Positions 18,168-26,727 of a stretch of DNA of 64,000 nucleotides are shown piece by piece. The stretch lies in the sequence record OM632671.1; one strand, 5' to 3'. This DNA is from Escherichia phage BEU50. The translations under genes were made by a program, and so were the position numbers. A model generated the notes under the pieces. It saw nothing but the letters and a program-made list of their open reading frames with translations. It had not been told where the DNA came from and searched no databases. Numbering within the stretch: the first letter of the stretch is position 1; the number at the start of each line of letters is the position of its first letter.

Positions 18168-18197
18168 GTTTACATCTTCCTCTAGGCATGATATGAT
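18168..18197 (+). promoter_or_regulatory. Early promoter (GTTTACA, 18 nt, TATGAT)
   Basis: Matches the recurrent GTTTAC-N18-TAnnnT pattern seen before many early genes here. Confidence 0.4.
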
Positions 18198-18226
18198 GTA
18201 CTTACACCAACCAAGAGGAAAACATT

Positions 18227-18601
18227 ATGAATATGTCTCAAGCAATTTTTACTGCAATCACCGAAAACACAACTGTTGAAGTAGTTTCTCCACTGGCAAC
18301 CTACGTTATTCTTGCTCCTAAAACTATTGTATCTCGTATGGAAAACATGGGCAAACGTATCGTACAAATAGTTGGAGCCGGAAATCAAAAACTTGATTAT
18401 CTACGAACCATCAAAGCTTATGAACATTTCCAACTCGAAAAAGGTTCTCCTATCCAGGTAGAACTCGTAAATGGTGATATCGTTCGAGCAATGTTCCATC
18501 ATTTCTATGCATTGAATGACCCATCTAAAGCGGTTCGTTTAATTGCATACGATGCAAACCAAAACGAAATCAACGCAGATATATCTAAATTACGTTTTTA
18601 A
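18227..18601 (+). CDS. Hypothetical protein (124 aa)
   Basis: ORF with RBS AAGAGGA before ATG. Confidence 0.4.
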   Translation: MNMSQAIFTAITENTTVEVVSPLATYVILAPKTIVSRMENMGKRIVQIVGAGNQKLDYLRTIKAYEHFQLEKGSPIQVELVNGDIVRAMFHHFYALNDPSKAVRLIAYDANQNEINADISKLRF

Positions 18602-18656
18602 GTTTACTTCTCCAGTAGTTGTGTTATTATAGATCTATCAACTACTGGAGAACAAA

Positions 18657-18974
18657 ATGAAAACCATCGATTGTAAAGCAGAATTTAAGATTTTTTATCA
18701 CGGTTCAAGTAGTTCAGCTAACATCGAAAACATGCTTTGTCCTCCTGAGGAAACAGGAGTTCTGTCTGAAACTGGACGTAAGAAAAACTTGGATCGTGTA
18801 TTCTTTACTGAAGATATCGGTTTAGCAAAGATTTATGCAGGACGAGCAGCACGCTCTTATGGAGGTGAACCACGTCTCTACCGAGTAATTTCTCCGGTAG
18901 ATGTAGTTCAAATGAATGATACTAAAGGCGCTACAGTTTATCACGCTGAATGGGCATTTTGCGAGGAAATATGA
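18657..18974 (+). CDS. Hypothetical protein (105 aa)
   Basis: ORF with ATG; no confident family. Confidence 0.4.
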   Translation: MKTIDCKAEFKIFYHGSSSSANIENMLCPPEETGVLSETGRKKNLDRVFFTEDIGLAKIYAGRAARSYGGEPRLYRVISPVDVVQMNDTKGATVYHAEWAFCEEI

Positions 18975-19172
18975 GCAAATTAACTAAAGTTACTTTTATC
19001 GGTTGGTTTAAAAGCGGTGAGATGTTCACTAAAGATATGATGTTATCAGGTGATCGCGAAGAAATCGAGTGGGTTACGGTACAACTTGCTGAAGTGAACA
19101 AAGCATTAGTTAAAGCATTTGTTAATGACGAGAAAGTTTTCGAAGCAGATTTTCGATAATTTTAAAATAACT

Positions 19173-19202
19173 GTTTACAAGCCCCACATACTGTGTTACT
19201 AT
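19173..19202 (+). promoter_or_regulatory. Early promoter (GTTTAC, 18 nt, TACTAT)
   Basis: Consensus-like elements about 30 nt upstream of the 19231 start. Confidence 0.4.
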
Positions 19203-19230
19203 CTTTCTATCAACTACAGAGGAAATTGAA

Positions 19231-19599
19231 ATGAAAAAATTAATCGCTTTAGCAATGGTATTCGGATTAACCGGATGTGGTGCCCATGGCTTTATCCCTA
19301 ATAACGTTGGCCAACTGATTTACAATCCGAATGTTAAACAGTACGACCAACCTAAAGTTGAAGTGGAAGACCCGGTTACTGTAGGTAATCGAATGATTCA
19401 AGCTGATGCCCATGCTCAACGTTATCGTGACTCTGATACTGTAGCATTGTCAAAAGAACAACGCGTTAAAGAACATTGCTTACAGGCTACTGAAATCGCA
19501 TTCATTCGCTATGTTGAAACAACTGGTAAAGAGCCTACCCAGAAACAAATAGCGAATAACTACGTCCAGTGTATTGAACGTTTAAACAAATTTAATTAA
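19231..19599 (+). CDS. Putative lipoprotein (122 aa)
   Basis: Signal peptide with lipobox MKKLIALAMVFGLTGCG. Confidence 0.45.
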   Translation: MKKLIALAMVFGLTGCGAHGFIPNNVGQLIYNPNVKQYDQPKVEVEDPVTVGNRMIQADAHAQRYRDSDTVALSKEQRVKEHCLQATEIAFIRYVETTGKEPTQKQIANNYVQCIERLNKFN

Positions 19600-19602
19600 T
19601 TG

Positions 19603-19632
19603 GTTTACACCAAAGTTAAAACAAGATACTAT
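19603..19632 (+). promoter_or_regulatory. Early promoter (GTTTAC, 18 nt, TACTAT)
   Basis: Upstream of the 19661 start. Confidence 0.4.
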
Positions 19633-19660
19633 AAACATAACAAATCAAGAGGAAATTAAC

Positions 19661-19909
19661 ATGGAATTATTCGTAGCTAGTTCAGTAGCAGTTTTAATCG
19701 CAGGTATTGGTTCAATCATCATTTACATGTTGCCTTGGGTAATCGCACTTATTCGTGGCACAAAAGGCACAACAGCAATCTTCTTTGTATCTTTACTCTT
19801 TAACTGGACGATGGTTGGTTGGATTGGAACTTTAATTTGGTCTATCGTTGCCGAAAAGAAATCTGCTCAGCAGCCTCAACAAGTAATTATTATTCGCGAA
19901 AAAGAATAA
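19661..19909 (+). CDS. Superinfection immunity (Imm)-family small membrane protein
   Basis: Two TM segments and motif YMLPWVIALIRG...NWTMVGWIGTLIWSIV resembling the Imm family pattern (LPxxIA..R ... GWT.IGW..A.IW). Confidence 0.45.
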   Translation: MELFVASSVAVLIAGIGSIIIYMLPWVIALIRGTKGTTAIFFVSLLFNWTMVGWIGTLIWSIVAEKKSAQQPQQVIIIREKE

Positions 19910-19913
19910 ACTT

Positions 19914-19943
19914 GTTTACATTATAGATGGACTATAGTATAGT
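19914..19943 (+). promoter_or_regulatory. Early promoter (GTTTACA, 18 nt, TATAGT)
   Basis: Upstream of the 19973 start. Confidence 0.4.
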
Positions 19944-19972
19944 AGTCCTATCAAATCAACTAAGGAGTTAAA

Positions 19973-20266
19973 ATGAAAAAGTTATCATTGGCAGCAATCT
20001 TACTTGCAGTATCATGTGCACCGGCTCCAGTTACGGCAGGTTATGATAAAGACCTCTGTGAGTGGTCAATGACTGCAAATCAAGAAGATGTTGAACAACA
20101 AATCTTCTCTGATATCATGAACATCACTAAACGAGACCGTCCTAATATGGTTAATAAAGTTGTTGAACAACTTAAGTCTGGCGGTATCATGCAGTACAAC
20201 TATGTTTTGTATTGTGACCCTAATTTCGATAACAAAGATATCGTAACCGAAATCACAGGTGAATAA
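19973..20266 (+). CDS. Periplasmic Sp (spackle)-like protein, 97 aa with signal peptide
   Basis: Signal peptide MKKLSLAAILLAVSCAPAPVTA; size and GYDKDLCEW...YNYVLYCD content fit what I recall of T4 Sp. Confidence 0.45.
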   Translation: MKKLSLAAILLAVSCAPAPVTAGYDKDLCEWSMTANQEDVEQQIFSDIMNITKRDRPNMVNKVVEQLKSGGIMQYNYVLYCDPNFDNKDIVTEITGE

Positions 20267-20918
20267 TATGATTTATTATATGCACAAAAATGCGCCATTT
20301 AAATATGGTAAATTTCCTAATGCACAATGTTATAATATAACGCCGAATGAAAATAATAACGGATACCATCTCGGTGTAATTTTTGTAATTGTTAAAGATA
20401 ACGAAATCGTTGCCTGGGCAGATTTTAAAGGTACAACATATGACGTTAATCCTGTGCCTTTCACATATTACAATATAATGGATTTGGCATATGATTATAA
20501 TTGGTTTAATCATGACACGTTGGCTCATATTGAAGGTGTAGGATTTGACATCTCTTATTCTAGTTATTCATTATGTCCTATGAGCCGAGCTCACGGTAAA
20601 GATGCATCATATCTTTCAATTCGGAAACGTGTAAACTTCAAACGTAGTACAGAGTATGTTGGTGGACTCTTTGTTAAAGATAATAAAATAACCCGTATTA
20701 GTTATCCTCTAAGTGTAGGCCAAAAAGATGTTGATGTTGATTTGGACTTAACTGAAAATAACATTAATCGTATTGCTTCTGTATATTTTGATATCGATGA
20801 AAAAATTGTAGTGTGTGGATATGAATTACCACCTGAAGAAAAGGCTGAAGCAATTGAAGTCGAATTAGAAATTTCTGTTGATGACCAAATATTTAATGCA
20901 TTTATGAATCGAGGTTAA
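20259..20918 (+). CDS. Hypothetical protein (about 215 aa)
   Basis: ORF; true start may be an internal ATG shortly after 20259. Confidence 0.4.
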   Translation: MNNMIYYMHKNAPFKYGKFPNAQCYNITPNENNNGYHLGVIFVIVKDNEIVAWADFKGTTYDVNPVPFTYYNIMDLAYDYNWFNHDTLAHIEGVGFDISYSSYSLCPMSRAHGKDASYLSIRKRVNFKRSTEYVGGLFVKDNKITRISYPLSVGQKDVDVDLDLTENNINRIASVYFDIDEKIVVCGYELPPEEKAEAIEVELEISVDDQIFNAFMNRG

Positions 20919-20919
20919 A

Positions 20920-21117
20920 ATGACTACTGCAATTTGCACTGGTTCTAAAATTAGTGTTTTTACAAGTTTTGAAGATTATGAAGTTGTTTCAAAACACCAA
21001 TGCCATATTAGCGTAAAAGCTAATGACGGTGTAATTTGGAATATTCCACAGTATGAAGGCACTACATATGAAGTCACAGATATAAATGGTGACAAAGCGA
21101 TCTTTGTAATTGATTAA
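20920..21117 (+). CDS. Hypothetical protein (65 aa)
   Basis: ORF starting 2 nt after the previous stop. Confidence 0.3.
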   Translation: MTTAICTGSKISVFTSFEDYEVVSKHQCHISVKANDGVIWNIPQYEGTTYEVTDINGDKAIFVID

Positions 21118-21604
21118 ATATACTCAGGAGGTACCTATGGGTATTATTAACACTGCAATAGATTCTGTTTATGCATATAAGTTTATTCGACTAATGCAAA
21201 AACCTTTTACCGAATGGAAAGCATACGAAGCCAAAATCATCGATGAACGTGGAAGTGTTCTTAAACGTCCTTCTACTCCCGAAGAAAAAGCGGCGTATAC
21301 ACCTTTTCATGCTTCAGTTCGTTCAATGAAGCGAATGATGAGCACTGTTCCGGGTCTTAATGGAATGGCCTCAATGATGTCTGCCTGGAGTGCTGTAGCT
21401 TCACGCTATAACATTACGGAAGAACAACAGAAAGAAATATTTAAAGAACTCCCTTTATTTGAGGATATGGTTGCTGGTGATTCAGGCGGCAGTCCTCAAG
21501 CTATTGCATCAGGAACAACTACAGGTGCAGTCGTAAATAAAGGTCCAGACCAAATTCCTTCCAAGAAAAGAAAGCGAATTAAAGTAAATATTAATAAGTT
21601 GTGA
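21110..21604 (+). CDS. Hypothetical protein (about 155-164 aa)
   Basis: ORF; RBS AGGAGG precedes the internal ATG at 21137. Confidence 0.35.
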   Translation: MIKYTQEVPMGIINTAIDSVYAYKFIRLMQKPFTEWKAYEAKIIDERGSVLKRPSTPEEKAAYTPFHASVRSMKRMMSTVPGLNGMASMMSAWSAVASRYNITEEQQKEIFKELPLFEDMVAGDSGGSPQAIASGTTTGAVVNKGPDQIPSKKRKRIKVNINKL

Positions 21605-21645
21605 TATGATGGCCTTAAATTAATTTAAGGCCTCTGGAGAATACT

Positions 21646-22668
21646 ATGGCTGAATGGATAGATAATGAATTTGCTTATCGTGCGTTTTCTCACCTCCCTC
21701 GTTTTAGACAAATCAATAATTCAAGCACATTTAAATTAACGTTTCGTTGTCCAGTTTGTGGCGACTCTCAGACAGATGCAATGAAAGCTCGCGGTTGGTA
21801 TTATGGCGGTACTCCTGGTAATGTACATTGCTATAACTGTCAATACCACAATACAATTTCCGGATACTTAAAAGAGTATGATGAAGAGCTTTATCGCGAA
21901 TATCTAATGGAAGTTCGTAAAGAAAAAGCTAGAATGGAACCAAAGATTGAAAAGGTTCCTGAAGCTAAGCCAGAGCCAGAGAAAAAGACTATAAATTCTT
22001 TGCCGTCTTGTTCTCGTCTGGACAAGTTGCCTGAAGAGCATCCTATTGTGAAATATGTTAAGTCTCGGTGTATTCCTAAAGAATCATGGAACAGATTATG
22101 GTTCACATTAGAATGGCCCAAATTGGTCAACAAGATTCAACCTGGTACGTATAAGAAAGAGATTCCAGAACCACGTTTAGTGATTCCTATTTTTAATAAA
22201 GATGGGAAGGCCGAGTCATTCCAAGGACGTGCACTTCGTAAAGATGCTCCTCAGAAATATATCACTATTAAAGCGTTTGAGTCTGCAACAAAAATTTATG
22301 GTGTTGAACGTGTTAAGGAAGGAGACGTCTGGGTAATGGAAGGCCCTATTGATAGTTTATTCATACCCAATGCAATCGCTATTACAGGCGGCTCAATAGA
22401 TTTAGATGTGGTACCATTTAAAGAACGTCGGGTATGGGTAATGGATAATGAACCTAGGCATCCGGATACTATAGCTCGCATGAAGCGATTAGTTGATGCA
22501 GGCGAACGTGTCATGTTCTGGGATCGAGCTCCATGGAGATCAAAGGATGTGAATGATATGGTAATGAAAGAAAATGCAACACCACAAGAAATTTTAGAAT
22601 ATATGAAACAGAATATTTCAAGTGGGTTGCATGCTAAAATGAGATTATCTCGTTATTCGAAGATTTAA
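21646..22668 (+). CDS. 61: DNA primase gp61
   Basis: Zinc ribbon FRCPVCGDSQTDAMKARGWYYGG...CYNCQYH, TOPRIM-like EGPIDSL, matches T4 gp61 from memory. Confidence 0.9.
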   Translation: MAEWIDNEFAYRAFSHLPRFRQINNSSTFKLTFRCPVCGDSQTDAMKARGWYYGGTPGNVHCYNCQYHNTISGYLKEYDEELYREYLMEVRKEKARMEPKIEKVPEAKPEPEKKTINSLPSCSRLDKLPEEHPIVKYVKSRCIPKESWNRLWFTLEWPKLVNKIQPGTYKKEIPEPRLVIPIFNKDGKAESFQGRALRKDAPQKYITIKAFESATKIYGVERVKEGDVWVMEGPIDSLFIPNAIAITGGSIDLDVVPFKERRVWVMDNEPRHPDTIARMKRLVDAGERVMFWDRAPWRSKDVNDMVMKENATPQEILEYMKQNISSGLHAKMRLSRYSKI

Positions 22669-22853
22669 ACAAGCCCTATAATAGCAAAGGCCAAATCAAC
22701 TACAGTATCCAATGGAACAGAAGGAACTATAATACCATGGGCAACTAACAATGGTGCAATCCCGAAGTTCCATGAAATAATGCCACCTACAACTATTGCA
22801 GTTTTCTTTTTATTGCCTTTAATAGCGTTGATTAACGATGGAAGTTTAAACAT
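22665..22853 (-). CDS. Small membrane protein (62 aa) encoded antisense to the early-gene direction
   Basis: Minus-strand ORF with strong RBS (TAAGGAG, 6 nt, ATG); hydrophobic; occupies the intergenic space between 61 and 56. Confidence 0.35.
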   Translation of the reverse strand: MFKLPSLINAIKGNKKKTAIVVGGIISWNFGIAPLLVAHGIIVPSVPLDTVVDLAFAIIGLV

Positions 22854-22941
22854 AATATCTCCTTAGTTACCTATTATTTATTACGCTTTATAAAATTAAT
22901 GTTAGAATTAACTCTCTTATACTGAATTGAAAGGAAAAATA

Positions 22942-23463
22942 ATGGCACACTTTAACGAATGTTCACAACTTATTTCTGGTGTTGATAAAGCAGAAGAAGC
23001 TTATTTTAATGCTCTGATTCACGAAGATAAAGACCCACTGCAGGTAATGCTTGATATGCAGAAATCTTTACAGGTTCGTCTGGCAAATGACAAGCCTGAA
23101 CATAACAAACATCCTGATGAATTGGCCACTGCTGGTGATGTTGTTGATTGGCTGCGTAATCAGAAAGATTATATTGATGATGAATTCCGTGAACTGCTGA
23201 CTTCACTTGGTGGTATGAGCAATGGTGAGAAAACCGCTAGCTCTGTATGGAAGCCATGGAAAGCACAACATGCTGAATATCGAAATCGTCGTATCGATGA
23301 ACTGTCTCCTGAAGACCAGCTTGAAATTAAATTCGAGATGATTGATATCCTCCACTTTGTTCTGAATATGTTCCAAGGTCTGGGTCTTTCCGCTGAAGAA
23401 ATCTTTAAACTTTACTACTTGAAAAACCAACACAACTTTGAACGTCAGGATAATGGTTACTGA
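22942..23463 (+). CDS. 56: dCTP pyrophosphatase gp56-like (MazG-like)
   Basis: About 173 aa; T4 position near 61; motif content DELATAGDVVDWLRN...EFRELL...DILHFVLNMF. Confidence 0.6.
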   Translation: MAHFNECSQLISGVDKAEEAYFNALIHEDKDPLQVMLDMQKSLQVRLANDKPEHNKHPDELATAGDVVDWLRNQKDYIDDEFRELLTSLGGMSNGEKTASSVWKPWKAQHAEYRNRRIDELSPEDQLEIKFEMIDILHFVLNMFQGLGLSAEEIFKLYYLKNQHNFERQDNGY

Positions 23464-23469
23464 TTAAGT

Positions 23470-23477
23470 TATAAATA
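23470..23477 (+). promoter_or_regulatory. Late promoter TATAAATA for soc
   Basis: Exact octamer 32 nt upstream of the soc ATG. Confidence 0.55.
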
Positions 23478-23508
23478 CACCTGTAATTAAACAACAAAGG
23501 AGTTAATT

Positions 23509-23745
23509 ATGGGTGGTTACGTTAATATCAAAACCTTTACACATCCGGCTGGTGAAGGCAAAGAAGTTAAAGGTATGGAAGTTTCTGTACCGTTTGAGAT
23601 TTATTCAAACGAACATCGGATTGCAGATTCTCATTACCAAATCTTTCCATCAGAAAAGGCAGCTTATTCTGATGTCGTTTCTGATGCAGCAACTTGGAAA
23701 ACTAAGAACGCTGCAATGTTTACCCCTACACCAGTAAGTGGTTAA
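23509..23745 (+). CDS. soc: Small outer capsid protein Soc
   Basis: 78 aa; GYVNIKTF...HYQIFPSEKAAYS matches T4 Soc from memory; late promoter and terminator flank it. Confidence 0.65.
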   Translation: MGGYVNIKTFTHPAGEGKEVKGMEVSVPFEIYSNEHRIADSHYQIFPSEKAAYSDVVSDAATWKTKNAAMFTPTPVSG

Positions 23746-23753
23746 ATAATTTA

Positions 23754-23781
23754 AGGAATCCTTCGGGATTCCTTTTTTTTT
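23754..23781 (+). terminator. Intrinsic terminator (AAGGAAUCC-UUCG-GGAUUCCUU followed by U9)
   Basis: 9-bp stem, UUCG loop, long T run immediately after soc. Confidence 0.7.
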
Positions 23782-23790
23782 GTTTCTACA

Positions 23791-23820
23791 GTTTACATCC
23801 ACTAAAAACTGTGTTAAGAT
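23791..23820 (+). promoter_or_regulatory. Early promoter (GTTTACA, 18 nt, TAAGAT)
   Basis: Lies inside the ORF-track start at 23780, so the downstream gene more likely starts at ATG 23849. Confidence 0.35.
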
Positions 23821-23848
23821 ATTCTTACTTACTCAAGAGGAGAACAAT

Positions 23849-24076
23849 ATGTTAAATCGTTGGATTAAACCTAATAACACATTAGGTGCTTTGATTGCTC
23901 AAGAAGTTTCATTGAAATACGGTCTTGGATATTACGATGATGTAGTCGTACACTCATTCATGATGGATGGTGAAGACGTCAAATTTAATGCCGAAATCCG
24001 TTGGGATGATGGTGGTGTTCGTTTTGTTCGAGGAACAATTAATGCTTACGATACTGAAGAAGTTGTTTGCTGTTAA
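23849..24076 (+). CDS. Hypothetical protein (75 aa)
   Basis: ATG preceded by AAGAGGAG; shortened relative to ORF-track 23780. Confidence 0.35.
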   Translation: MLNRWIKPNNTLGALIAQEVSLKYGLGYYDDVVVHSFMMDGEDVKFNAEIRWDDGGVRFVRGTINAYDTEEVVCC

Positions 24077-24465
24077 ACCAGGCGAAGGTATGATGCCTAT
24101 TCCTGATACACATGAAAAGGCTTGGGAATACATTGGTGACGGCATGATAGAAGAAGTTGTTCGTCCAAAAACAAAACATGTTAATGCTTCAAGCTCTTCA
24201 AGTTATAATCATTCATACGTATCGTCTTGGCCTGGTGATTCTGGGTCAAGTTATTCTGATTGTGGTTCAAGCTCAGGGAGCTGCGAATGAACAAGATAGT
24301 TAAATGGTTTAAAAGCTGGGACGATGGTGTCGGTCCAGAAGATTGGCTGGATGTTCTTGAAGAGAATATGGCTAAAGAATTCCAGAAACATGAAGAAAAG
24401 CTCGTCGAAGATGAAGGCGAACGTATTGTAAAACTTTATATGGGTGAACCATCGAGGAAATTATA

Positions 24466-24930
24466 ATGGATGCTATGTTATTTAAAATGTATTTGCTTGA
24501 AGCCAAGTCATTTAAACATATACCAGTGGAAGATAAGACTCCACTAGAAATAGCTATTCTCATTAACAAAAGTCTAAATAATCCGCAATATATCGTAGAA
24601 GAATTCTGCAAATTGCAGATTCCTAAAGGTTACAAAATTCGTGTAGAGCGAGTTGGAGCTATTACTCATTCTAAAAATTCTCCGTTTAGTCTTGAAGAAG
24701 GCATAAAGGACTTAGGTTATGAATCTACGGAAAATGCCGTTTATGTGAATCCTGAAAAGCGTTTAGACTTGTTTGAAAAGCGAGACCATAAGTATTTTGC
24801 CAAAAAATACTTTATTACATCATTAGCAGATTTAATCCATTTGCAACGAGCTATTTGGAAATTTTTTAAGACAAAAGGTGTAGCGCTAGAAACATTCTCC
24901 GAGCAGCCTAGTTTTTATTTAGGTGAATAA
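24466..24930 (+). CDS. Hypothetical protein (154 aa)
   Basis: ORF with ATG overlapping upstream stop. Confidence 0.4.
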   Translation: MDAMLFKMYLLEAKSFKHIPVEDKTPLEIAILINKSLNNPQYIVEEFCKLQIPKGYKIRVERVGAITHSKNSPFSLEEGIKDLGYESTENAVYVNPEKRLDLFEKRDHKYFAKKYFITSLADLIHLQRAIWKFFKTKGVALETFSEQPSFYLGE

Positions 24931-25271
24931 TATGGACCTTATGAGTATGTTTGACGAGCCTGAAGTTGAGGCTCCTAAAGTGCATCGTAGTGAACTTGTT
25001 GATGAACTAGATAGTATTATACAACGACACGGCTTTAGTTTACCTGTTGAAGCCCTGAAAGACCTTGCCTCTTATTATGACGACCCTCCGCCATGGAGTC
25101 CTTGGAAATGAAAGAGAAATTTAAAGAGAAATTCTTACTAGAAATCAAGGAAAAAGACTTTGAGACATGGTATCGAATGGTGAAAGGGTTGACATTGCTT
25201 TTTAAAGCATCCTTATTCATGTTAGAACAACCTGGTCCTGATGGTCCTTTAGTAGGAAAGCTTAAAAAGTA

Positions 25272-25300
25272 GTTTACATTCCCTCCTCTCGTGTTATGAT
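25272..25300 (+). promoter_or_regulatory. Early promoter (GTTTACA, 17 nt, TATGAT)
   Basis: Upstream of the 25328 start. Confidence 0.4.
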
Positions 25301-25327
25301 AGGCTTATCTTTAAATGGAGGTCTATC

Positions 25328-25909
25328 ATGACATGTCAATCTGAACTTCAAGAACGTGAATACCTAACAAATCTGATTGATAGCAAATTCACCCGCCAAG
25401 AACAAAACATTCTCTGGGCTTGCACCGATTCTAAGGAAGACCCGGATTTCCACTATGAATTAGACCATCTTGTTCGTAAGCATATGACTTCTACAGTACC
25501 AGTAGAACTCTACCGTGGTGTAACTCCAGAAGAAGTAGAACGTCTTTCCCTTCTTTCTGTTGGATGCCATTGGTCTCCTGGACGAGTAACATCGTTCACA
25601 ACTGATTTCAGTACAGCTCGTCAATTCTCCGGGAGTTGGGAATATCAGACGTACACTATTCTTAGTCTCAGGAATGCTCCATTCATTTTTGATTACTACC
25701 AAAACATGATTAACATTGTACTTGCCGGAAAGAACCCTAAGCATGTTATGGAAGAAACTCGTATCGATGTCCTAGATATGATTGAATCTGAACAAGAGTA
25801 CATGGTCTCAGGCATCTCTCGATTTGAGATTGTGGAAATTGAAGACTTAGAATATGACCCTTTATCTCGATTATACAAAATCATTCATTTGAAAATGTTG
25901 AATTTTTAG
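25328..25909 (+). CDS. ADP-ribosyltransferase-like protein (ModB/ModA family paralogue 1)
   Basis: R-S-E type spacing: LYRG (Arg), TTDFSTARQFS, EQE; T4 position of modA/modB between soc and dda. Confidence 0.5.
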   Translation: MTCQSELQEREYLTNLIDSKFTRQEQNILWACTDSKEDPDFHYELDHLVRKHMTSTVPVELYRGVTPEEVERLSLLSVGCHWSPGRVTSFTTDFSTARQFSGSWEYQTYTILSLRNAPFIFDYYQNMINIVLAGKNPKHVMEETRIDVLDMIESEQEYMVSGISRFEIVEIEDLEYDPLSRLYKIIHLKMLNF

Positions 25910-25966
25910 TGTACAAACTCTTCCGATGATGATATTATACCTTTATCAACCACAGGAGAAACCTAA

Positions 25967-26575
25967 ATGTTTATGCCGTATAACGAGTGTGAAATTGAAG
26001 AAATGGTTCGTCGTGCTCAAAACCCCGAATATCAAGATGTATTGCAGTACGAAATTGATAGTCAATTCAACGATAATGAACAAAGCATCCTTTGGCAGTG
26101 TATGGAAAACAAGCCAGACTGTATTCAACAGGAGTTAAGTTCAATCGTTCGTAGAAATTGGACGTCTTCTGTTCCTGAGACAATGTATCGTGGAATCTCT
26201 AAGAAAACTATGGCCACACTTGATGATAAAGGCATTGGTAGTATTATTAAATTTGACAGAGTAATGAGCTTCAGCCCAGTGTTCGGTGTAGCACGTAACT
26301 TTGCTTCGTATAATTTTTACGGAACATTTAATATGTTCTGCATCAAAGATGCACCATTTGCTTTCAACTTCCGTGAACATATGCTTAACATGATTCTGGC
26401 CGCGCCATCTTGCGAGTTCAATGGAGCTTTCCCTGAAGCGACAAGACGGTCTAATGCTAGACTTATATCTGACGAATGTGAATTTATGCTCCCTATAGGG
26501 ACTACACTGCGTGTAGATTCTATTATTCAAGATGGACGTTATACAATCTGGAATCTATCTATTGTCAGTTACTGA
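25967..26575 (+). CDS. ADP-ribosyltransferase-like protein (ModB/ModA family paralogue 2)
   Basis: Paralogue of 25328..25909 (ILWxC, SxVP..xYRG, FxF/STS-like, ECE motif). Confidence 0.5.
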   Translation: MFMPYNECEIEEMVRRAQNPEYQDVLQYEIDSQFNDNEQSILWQCMENKPDCIQQELSSIVRRNWTSSVPETMYRGISKKTMATLDDKGIGSIIKFDRVMSFSPVFGVARNFASYNFYGTFNMFCIKDAPFAFNFREHMLNMILAAPSCEFNGAFPEATRRSNARLISDECEFMLPIGTTLRVDSIIQDGRYTIWNLSIVSY

Positions 26576-26650
26576 CTGAATTGGAATAACCGGATGGAAC
26601 TCAGAACCATTATAACACATAAAAAATTAAAGCATTTTACGAAAAAAGAG

Positions 26651-26678
26651 TGTACACTACCTGAGGGCATGATATTAT
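26651..26678 (+). promoter_or_regulatory. Early promoter-like element (TGTACA, 16 nt, TATTAT)
   Basis: Upstream of the 26728 start. Confidence 0.3.
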
Positions 26679-26727
26679 AAGCTTATCAGCTAAATGACCT
26701 AACGTCCGTAAGACAGAGGAAAATATT

